Origin: Rhizophagus irregularis
Lineage: Eukaryota
Direction of reading: 5' to 3'
DNA length: 64,000 nt
Assembly: GCF_026210795.1 (NCBI RefSeq)
Contig: NC_089436.1
Span: 372,001-436,000, forward strand
Shown here: positions 53,977 through 64,000 of the stretch, piece by piece
Numbering within the stretch: the first letter of the stretch is position 1
Layout of the letters: every line of letters begins with the position of its first letter
The notes under the pieces: generated by a model
Told to the model about the DNA's origin: nothing
The model's input: the letters and a program-made list of their open reading frames with translations, nothing else
Databases searched by the model: none
Made by a program: the position numbers and the translations under genes

Positions 53977-54290
53977 TCATTTATTAGTAAAAAACCTATC
54001 ATCCTCCGCAAAATCGCTTTTGCGAACTGCCACATTATTAAGTATTCATGCAGTGCCGATTGGTTCTTGTTGAGGTTGTGCATTAGGGTCGAATAATGCA
54101 TTGGGATGAAGTGTGCAAACGGCATTGCGCACGGCGTAAAGTTCGTTTAAATTTGGGAAATGGAATACACTGCATGAGTTCTCATCTCTACGTTTATTTG
54201 GCGCGAGATTAGCGGTTGCAAACGCATCCATCACGCCACGTACGTATACTGGTTGATCCAGTTTTGGTTTGCCTAAACAATACTTAAAGA
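53977..54290 (-). pseudogene. Small hypothetical-protein remnant with one in-frame TGA
   Basis: One frame reads IFKYCLGKPKLDQPVYVRGVMDAFATANLAP..PQQEPIGTA*ILNNVAVRKSDFAEDDRFFTNK*. GC is well above background and the TGA is plausibly a mutated TGG. Confidence 0.45.
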
Positions 54291-55263
54291 TTTGTCTAAT
54301 TCCGGCCTAAATTACATGTATTTTTTTTACATAGAAAATCCAAAAACGGGGGGTTATGTTAAACGAAAAATTGAATTGGTGCGGCCTAAATGGGAATGCT
54401 GGAAGGTGAAAATGACATATACGAATTTAGATTTATTGTTAAATTTAAAATTTAAAAAGGATATTTATAAGAGAAATAAATGTTTATTTGGGCGTCAACG
54501 TAATAAATCATGTAATATGGAATTTTTGGAATTGCTGGTTAAAGTAAAGACGTTAAAGTATGGGGGAGGTGATATATTCTTGGCTCTTTGATACTTCAAA
54601 GAGCCTGGAGTAATTACAGTACATCGTGGTATCTTCGTTCATGTTGAGGGGTGAGGATTAAGACGTAAAATTACATTTCGGGATTGAGAAAAGCTAACTT
54701 TGTCCGAAATTTTAAACTCTATGTTTGTCAGGACCGCTTGGATTATGCCATCAATTGTAAAATTTGTCTTCTATAACGTCGATAGTTACTAGATTACGAA
54801 GGACAATCAATCATGTAATTTTATTGTAGATAGCATTCAAATTTTGCCTGATTTTTCATTGCAAGCTTTATGTGATACAGAGTTGTAAATATATCATAAA
54901 TCAATGGAATAAATACTTTTAATCATTTTCATCAAATTTTAAAGTATTTATCAAAAAATTCTATAATTTAACATAAATTATCGAATAAAGAATTTATAAT
55001 CTGTCAATTAAAATAATTTTTCTTATTATTCACTTAAAATAAATTTTACAAAATTATAACATTCGTGCATGATGTTTTATAATGTTATAAATTTATAATA
55101 AATAGTTTTCTTTATTTAATGATTGAATAATCCTTATAAAAAAATAAAAGAGAACTGAATTATTTAAATTACAAACTAAGAATCTTCCTATTACTCTAAT
55201 CTTAGTGTTTAAATAATTCAACATAAGATAAATAATAATTTGGCATTTAAATCGTAAATTAAT

Positions 55264-57541
55264 TTAAAATTCATCTATAAAATAAATAGATTAGTAAATG
55301 AAGGTTAATTTTGTTATTTTAATATATTAAACAAAGTAAACAAACCATCGAGAATTTCTGATTTATCTTGTTCTGAATGAAGACTTGAATTATTCTGTAC
55401 TTCATCTGTAAAAATAGAATAAATTAGAATAATAATGCTGATCATTATTAATAAATAATTTTATTTTACCTACCATTAGTACCAATATTTGATCGTTGTT
55501 GCGTGAATTCTCTCTCATAGTCATTTTGAATATCTACTATTATCAATAAATCAAATTTAGCGACATATTCATCCTTATCTTCAACAATGTTATAGGAAAA
55601 TTAGAATCGATATATAAATGAATTTTTAAAGCTTTACCATTATCTATCTTCAATTTTTTGGATAATCTGGGTGATTCTTCACTATCATTATCTAAAATTA
55701 AGATATACAGTAAATTAGTATTTATTTATTATAAAATACTGATATGAGTAAATTACCTTTAGAACTAATTGGTGTATATTGATTACTTGATTTACCAAGA
55801 TTACTAGCTATAATAAAACGAATCATTTAATATTTTATCATATAAAATTCAAATATAATTTTAATAAATACTTACAATTACTAGAAATACTAAAATCATA
55901 TGATCTAGTGATATAAAATGCTATTTAAAAAAAAAGATTATCTCAATCAATTTATTTATTACAGGACTTATACTAAAACATTAATATCTTTATATTACCT
56001 TTTTGTTCTTCTATTATTATTTATAAGAAGAAGATATTATTAATAGTAATTGAATATTAAAAAAAGATTAAATTAATAATAAATATAAAACAATTATTAT
56101 ACCTTCTGTTGCATTTTTTGGTTCAGGTAAGTTTTCAAATTTATGTATTTTACTTGTAAATGATTTACTATTTAAGTTAATTTTTTCTTTATCTACTTTC
56201 GCTATTAATTGAGGTAATTCATTTGGATTATTTTGATAATATGTTTTAATTTCTCTTATTTTTTTCCAAAGTGCATATGTATCAGGTCTTTTTAATGGAT
56301 TAGCATCCCAACATTGTTCCATTAAACTTTTATATTTTAAAGGTATTTCTGATACAATTTTTGGTCTTATACCATCAATGATATCAATTGCAAGAATATA
56401 ATCATGTTCATAATTCATAAATGGTGGTTGTCCAAATGAAATTTCCCACATAAGCATTGCAATACTATAAATATCAGATTTAAAGGTATAACCTTTTCCA
56501 TTAATAACTTCAGGAGCTATGTAAGGAAGATTTCCATATATGCTTGTTGATGATTTGTCTGCAGGACCACAAAATCCAAGATCACCAATTTTCCAACGAT
56601 CACTAAGCTGTAAATATAATACATTTCCAGAATGCAAATCTCTATGAATTAAATTCTCTTTATGAACATAATAAAGTCCCTCAATTATAAAATAAGTAAT
56701 GTTAATCCTTTCATTCCATGTAAGTTGATTATGATTTTGTTGTAAATATTCTCTTAAATTTCCATCCATTTTTCTCATTATAAGTAAATAATTTCCATTT
56801 GATGGATTTTTTGTTAAACCAAAACATTGAACAATCTCTGAATGTTTGTTGCTTATAGTTAAATGTGATTTAGTCTTTAAAATTAATAAATTTTATTATT
56901 AGTAATTAAATTTTAAATTTAAGTTCTTTAAATATTTTTAACTTACAAACCTCTTCAAACCAACTTTGACTTGCATCTTCAACATTTTTTAATTCCTTAA
57001 GTATTACGTAATGAGTTCCATCTCTTATTAATTGTTGTTTTTTAGAATTCCATTCTCTATATTGTCTATCAATCCAATATGCTGTATAAATCTCTGAGAA
57101 TCCACCTTTTGTTAGATATTTAATATTTTGTAAATTACTGTAGGGGATCCATTCAATAATAACACTTGGTATAAGTGTTTCTGATTGACAATTTTTTATT
57201 AAATTATCGATATCATTATTTCCAGATGTCCAATTTGGAAAATTTGCTTTTAAATAATTTTGAACACAATATTCACAATATAATGTAGCTAAACATTTTT
57301 GGTTACAATTTTCACAAATTCTTCTTGTTCCTTCATTATAAAAAATTTTATCTGCGTCATAATCTTTATTATTTCTTCTTATTGCTTCAGTTTTTTCTTC
57401 TTCTGTTAGAGAATTATTAGCAAGAATTACTTGTTCACAAAATTCATATTGTTTGTGGAAGTTATTGTGAATATTATAATCAATTGATAAATGTGCCCTT
57501 GTAAGAGCTGCATAAATTAAATCTTCTCGAATATTAGACAT
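55264..57541 (-). CDS. TKL-family protein kinase, 9 exons
   Basis: Exons 57541-56951 and 56874-56103, then small exons (56010-55999, 55920-55876 and four more) ending with 55274-55264 (DEF*). All GT-AG and in frame. Motifs TKGGFS, VILK, HRDLHSGN, DLG, YIAPE, DIYS. Confidence 0.9.
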
Positions 57542-59871
57542 ATTTATAAAAAAAACTGTGTTTTTTTATGTAGAAAAAATTGCATTGCAAAAAATTAGAG
57601 TTTCAATACGGCTAAACTGGTGCGACCAACAAAATTTTAGTATTGTCAACTGATCTACCTGTCATGTGTTACATTGTCATCTGATCATAAACAAATTAAA
57701 TATATTTTCATTTAACTTGTGAGATCATCACCAACCATTTATAATTTATTTATTTCTTGTAAAAACATGATGTAAAAATACGGAATATTAAAGATTGTAC
57801 AAAAAAAAAAAAGTTTTAAAATTATTTCTACGAAATTAATGAAATATATTTCTAAAAATGATGCTTTTGGAAAACAGAGTTTTTATTAATCAAAACCTCA
57901 TAAAATTTAATTTATCAACCACATAAAATAAAATTTCAAAATCTCTCAATTGGAACCGTATTGGTGATGAAGATTGACTAAGTCATCAATAAAATCCGGT
58001 GATAGGAAAAAAAACTATCATATGTTAATGATCAACTTTTTTTGAGCTAAATATAATATTATTGTCTTTTTATTCTTTCTTAACTAAATTAATAATTTTT
58101 ATTTAATTGTGCTTAATTTTTACTTTATTTATTATGTTTAATGAGTCGAAATTCAGACTAAAAAAAAATCAAAGTTCGATTTTGATGAGTAAACTATAAT
58201 ATATCGATAATATAACACAATAAGTTAATTTATTGCATAATTAATTTATAAAATTTAAAGATTAATCATTTACTCCGCAGGGAAACAAAAAATCCATTCT
58301 TAAAAAGTCAACCATGAGATAAAATTAGACTAACAGAAGTATAATGTTTAATTAAGAAAACATGCACATTTACATTATTACGGAGAATAAGATATACTCC
58401 TTTTTTGAACACAATGATTCTTAATGAGACATTTTATCTGTTTATCACTTTATATTCACTAGGACTTCCTAGTAGTAACAAGTATTTAGCACGTGTCATT
58501 TACGTAATATTCTGAAAAATATCCCGAAGAAAAAATTATTACACATGTGTATAATTTTTAATCTCTTTACTACATAGATAACTTCCAATTACTCATTGTG
58601 GGCATAATATTGCATCTAATACTTCATTAAATCAAATTAATTCAATCAGCCAACTCATTTCTTTAAATTTTCTTTAGGAAATTTTATTATCGGTTTCGAA
58701 TTTTTATAATTATATTAATTATATTTAGTTTGATTTGTTAGATTTGTTAGGATTTGCTGATAACTAAATTAATTTTTGTTTGATTGATTAATAGGCAATT
58801 GTCGTTTATTAATATGCTTGTATATTAAACTTAGTCTTATAATTTTTATAAAGCATTTTAAATACATACTTAGATTATTAAATTTCAGCGTTTTTTTTCT
58901 TATTCTGCTATTTAATGTTTTGATCCATACCCAAATTATCCGGATTCTTTTCAGATATCAAAGTTATCTGGAAATGACAAATATCCGGTTTAAACTGAAA
59001 ATCCAGATGAAATTTCATCTATCTTTTTCTTTTGTTTAGCGTTAGCGCCTTTAATTTCTTAATTTATAAGTTTAGACTTTACTATAGTAAATTTATACTA
59101 GTGTATTCACAATTCCACCTTAAAATTTACATATTATGTTGCTCGTGTATGACATTTATAATAATATTTAATAATTGATTAGCCCTATAAAAACAAAGGA
59201 GATCTAAATTACTATAAATTACAAATTAAGAATCTTATTACTACTCTCGCTGTAAATTATATAAAAAGGTGTCGCCCCGGTTATTCAATCATTTTATCCG
59301 CCTTATACGAATATAAGCAAGAATCAAGATAAAAGTTCTAATAAAATTTCAATCCTACTATTATTTGCATCATCGATACTTACAACAAACGAGCTTGTAA
59401 ATTCCGCAAAGTAATAATAAGGTAGATTTATTTATTGTTCGTTTAGCTTCTTGAAACATGTCATCACGATATTAATCGATTTTCCCGCCTTTATAGATGT
59501 TCCAAAATGAAACGGACATTTTACTATTTTAACGGCATTTTGATCTTCGCCGAGAAAATCCGCCACGAATAAATTCCCGTGATGGCACGTGCAGAATTCT
59601 TTAATGTTTGGCGCAGAATCGTACTTGCGAAAAAAAAAATCGCTTGAATACGAAGAATACGGTATGAGGCGGATTGGAATATTATGAAAATTAAGTATAC
59701 GGTTGATTATTCTGATTTCATATTCGAATAAGATTTATTAATTCTATCTTCTTTTTTACATTCGTCTGAAAATTTTTACTGTTAAAGTATTTTATAATAA
59801 TTAGAATTATACTTTATATGAAATTATGTTTGAAACTTAAAGAAACTGATAATAAATTAAATTAGTTGTAA

Positions 59872-62121
59872 TTAGCTGTAGCCTGTTGCGTTGCAACAGG
59901 ATTAAATGAGTATAAGAATGAAATTTTTGTTTATATTTAGATAAATTAGATCTTATATAATATTAACACGTTTATTTATTTTTAAGTAAAAATAATATGC
60001 TTATCCTAGCTAAAATCATACAATATATTCAACAAAAAAAATAGCTTATTTGATAAAGAAAAAAATAGAAAAAAAAATTAGTAAAAAATTATTAAAAATA
60101 AATCACGCTTATCGTAGGGCCGCAACATCAATCCGATCAGATCTAGTTCTAAGCCTAAAAGACAGAAAAAAAATCGGGATGAAAAATATTAAAAATTCAA
60201 TTTTAAAAAAAATTGGAATGAAAGATTATTAAAATCTCGGTTTTTAAAAAAAACTTTAATATAAAAAAAGATCCGGTTTTAAAAAAAAAGAACGAAAAAA
60301 ATATTATGATATTAACAAGTAGAATGGAATATTTTAAGTAATTCAGTTCTGTAAAAGGAATAAGATAGGGATAAAATAACCCTTTTTTTTGTGTCATTAT
60401 CAGATATTTGACTAATTCATGTACAGCCATGTATGATTAATTTTACAAATTTTTATGTTGTGAAATGCGGTAACAATTGTTCTGATACCGGGAAATTTTG
60501 CCACATTTAACAATAAATAAAGCTACAGTTACAAAATTGCAATGTTTCTTTCAAGCGTAGATTTAATAAATTTTAATTAAAAAAATTATAATAAGTTTTA
60601 TATTTTTAAAAAGACATAAATAAAAAAACGGTTGCTTAGTTGTGCCCCTGATGTGGCTTCCCGACGCAATGCATTTCAGGAATTAGGATATGATGGTACA
60701 ACGCGGTTACTTAAAAAAATCATAACCGGTCATAGCCAACGTTATTCTTTTTTTTAAAAAAACATACTGTATATTCTATTACACAATGCTACATCAAATC
60801 CAATGGGCTGAAAAAAAATTTTTGGGGGCTGTAATTTATTTTAACGAAAAAAAAATTTTAATTATAAATGTAAGAAATTTCTGTAAAAAAAAATAAATTT
60901 TGTTTATTTTTCAGCCACATCATCTGCGTATCACAAACAAGTGTTTCGTTGATCGTTTTACCTGTTTATGGGATCATGAAATATTTTTTGTTCAAATATA
61001 AAAGGAACCTGAGATCAGGGTATTTGTAAATTGTAATTCTATAAAAAAATCTTTCTTTTAATTATCTAGAAAGGGAGATTTAAAGAATACCAACAAATTA
61101 TTTGTCCAATTTACCCTTTTTTTGAACAAACTACAAAAATTGGGTTTATTAATAACCTATCAAAAATTAATTTTAAAAATGCTTATGAGCCTATGAATAT
61201 TCGGGCTCGAAAATCAAGATGGTTGAAATGCAACAAATGTAACGATAATATAGACGTATTGCACAAATATATTCTAATGCCGTGGATTTTCCTAAAACGG
61301 CCCAGATTTTATGGAAGAAAAATCATGAATCTCAAAAAGTTCTAATTTAAATTTATAAAATTTCGATCAAAGATTATATGGATTTTTGGATTACGCACGA
61401 AGATTAATGATTCAATTTGGATTTAAGACCGAAATTGAAGTAAACTAGTGGATGCATTGTAAATATTATTACAAAAGAAACTTCGCGATGTAACAAAATC
61501 TGTGATGGAAACAGTAATTCCAATTAAAAGACATTATAGAAAATTATTCGAACAAGAATTTTTTATTGAGGCTCATAGTAGAACCTTTTATCAACAACCA
61601 AAACGGTTATAATGCGTCCATGGAACAATGGATTTATTAGGACCTTATAACTCTAGTTCAAATGGTAATTATAATCTTGATCAAAATTTAATTGATTTAT
61701 GATGTATAATCAGGGTATTATTTATCATAGTTATTTTTTAATTTTTTTATTTTTTAAATATTTCTTTTTAAAAATATTTCTCCTTTAAAATATTTTAAAT
61801 AGATTCTTAAAAAGTTTTTTAAATAAATTTTATAAATTTTTCAAATAAATTTCTTAAATATTTTTTTTATTTTTTAAATTATACAGTAATTATGATCAAG
61901 ATCAAGATTTAATTGATTTATGGTGACCTGATAGCCGACACAGAGAAATTGGAACTTATAATAGCTAGTTATTTTGCAAATTTTTTTCAAAAAAAAATAA
62001 AGAAATAAAAAAAGGGAATTTTTTTTTATATTTTTAAATATTTTTTATATCTTATCAATTATAAAGTTCGCAATCATAATTAAACTCTGTTCAATAATGC
62101 CAGTCTCTAACGTAGGGTAGA
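59872..62121 (-). mobile_element. Helitron-like element (3' end clear, 5' end tentative)
   Basis: Perfect hairpin CCTGTTGC-GTT-GCAACAGG (59882-59900); on the minus strand it is followed by CTACAGCTAA|T, a CTRR end at 59872. A candidate A|TCTA 5' end at 62121 is a guess. The interior has poly-A/T tracts and decayed coding-like sequence (~60960-61690). Confidence 0.55.
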
Positions 62122-62724
62122 TGATAATAACTATACGTAAGGGTTTTGACAACACTAACACTAAATCTTCGACTAATTATATTCATATGATTTTCCATAA
62201 TGGTAAAAATCCTCAGGTCATAAAATTCAAAGCATAACATGATACAACATATAATTTTTATTTAGTACAGATAATAATACTCATATGATGGTAATTAATC
62301 ACCTAGCTGAGTTCATATGATTTAGCAAAATACTCTTTTTAAAAATAATCGAAATTTTTTTTTTTTACAAATTTTCTTTTAAATAAATACTAGTCTGGAG
62401 CGAAAAACTAAAATCTGCGATTTCATTGGGTGACGATCACGTGGCAGACAGAGAAATTCACGTGATCGTTTTTTTTTCCGCAGATCCGGATATTTTAGTA
62501 CAAACTTTGAAATAATAATAAATTTACAAAGAAAATAGTATTCAAATTACAAGTTTTAAACTTTTCTAACGTTTATTTTTTTCAAACAATTTTTTTGCCG
62601 TTAATCATAAATAAAATCATATTACTTTGTAAACCGGTTACAACTTACAACCCGATTAAAAAGAGTTTAATACATTTTCCTTCCCGTTAAAACTTTTTTT
62701 TTAAAAAAAAAAAATATTAAAACA

Positions 62725-64000
62725 TATCAACACAATTTCTTTCAAAATTAAGTCAAAATTATTGAAAGACAATGAATATATTATGATATCAAAAATTGAA
62801 TTTGGAGAAGATACTAATGTGAAATTTTTTCGTGCACATGAATATTTTGTGTTGTCGTTATCCATATTTACGTTCAAATAAAAAAGAATAGCGATAATGT
62901 TTTAGCTCATTTTAAATTATCGAATATATCGCCTGATATCTTTTAAATTATTTTAAAGTAAAAAAAATTATATAACATCTTAATGAATTTACCATAACCT
63001 TAAACTGTTTTAAGTTTTTAAAAATAATTGTTTATAATAAAGGTATATTTATGGCGGTATCCTTTCATTGGATAAACTAGACGCTTCAGATGTTCTTAAG
63101 TTCCTACTAAGAACTAATCGATTATTTACAAAATTATTTAATTTAAAATGAATCTCAATGGATGGAACAACATTTTGAACTTGTTCACAGAACAAGCTTT
63201 CAATTTACTTCTCTAACAGTAATTCAACAATTCTGTACGAATTTGATGGCAAAATTTCTGGATAAAATATTTAACTCGATTTCACATCAATTCCTAAAAA
63301 ATCTTTAGTTCAACTTATTAAAAGAAATAATTTACAAATGATGTTTGGGGTATCGCACAAGAAAATACTTTACAACATTGTTTACCATTTATTAGATTAA
63401 AATATCAATTTTATGAAGAATGATTAAATTCTCAGATAGCGAACCAAATGACAACATATCACTTCCTAGAAATATTTATAGTGATGAAAATCATTATTAA
63501 TTTAATAAATATTGTTTCAATTATTTCAAGATGGATCGATAAAGTGGATGTTTATCATAGAGTTTCTCATTTCAGAGAATTTTATTTACCATATAAACTT
63601 GAATTGTTACTAAGAGGAAGTCGAGATGGATTTACACCTAAAAAATTTCATACTTTATGTAATAATAAATTAAATACTGTCACCTTTATTAAAAGGGACG
63701 CAAGAGATTATTGGTGGATATAATCCTTTAAAATGGGAATCTTCCGAAACTTGGGGTGAAACTAAAGATAGTTTTTATTTACTTTTAAAAATAAGAATAA
63801 CCTGTAATTATTAGTTAAGTAAAAAGTATACATTTTGCAGTATTTAATAGCAAGGGCCATATTTTGGCCATGATTTTATTATACGGGCTTCCAAAGAGTC
63901 CTCAAACTATGATGAATTTCACTGTAAAAATATTTATTATGAAAAAAGATTAAGAGATACCACAGATACATTCTTAGCAGAAGATTATGAAGTATATCAA
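62725..64000 (+). pseudogene. BTB/POZ-(BACK)-TLDc domain pseudogene
   Basis: Fragments with many frameshifts: TQFLSKLSQN, EFGEDTNVKFFRAH, ILCCRYPYLR, YIYGGILSL, WMEQHFELVHRTSF. TLDc pieces: IISRWID..LLLRGSRDGFTPKKFHTLCNNK..TVTFIK, IIGGYNPLKW, GPYFG, YEKKIR..EDYEVYQ. Confidence 0.88.

Noticed and set aside
53300..54850. Possible Helitron Rep/helicase coding region next to the 51794 Helitron
   Set aside because: No HUH or PIF1 helicase motifs recognised; only a small unrelated remnant was seen.
1..64000. tRNA, rRNA, prophage or bacterial-type operons
   Set aside because: None recognised by eye; the spliceosomal introns show the DNA is eukaryotic. A tRNAscan or Rfam run would be needed to exclude small RNAs.

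Overview
Very AT-rich eukaryotic DNA with short GT-AG introns. The gene content points to an arbuscular mycorrhizal fungus (Glomeromycota, Rhizophagus-like); this is inferred, not proven. It is an accessory, transposon-rich region. Genes: five tyrosine-kinase-like (TKL) protein kinases, two of them a recent tandem duplicate pair with frameshift or catalytic lesions; an F-box/LRR gene; an intact ~800-aa Crinkler-type gene (CRN N-terminus + P-loop NTPase + PD-(D/E)xK nuclease + helix-hairpin-helix) and a decayed paralogue; a 4-exon two-repeat Myb gene that the ORF track misses; a BTB-TLDc pseudogene; and several coding remnants. Mobile DNA: two related non-autonomous TIR elements with TATGG...CCATA ends and 6-bp TSDs (IS3EU-like), one fully delimited Helitron carrying a micro-exon array, two more Helitron 3' ends, and two palindromic MITEs. 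The duplicated kinase promoters supply each other's empty sites, so insertion boundaries and order can be read directly. All exon models and family calls were made by eye, without database searches.
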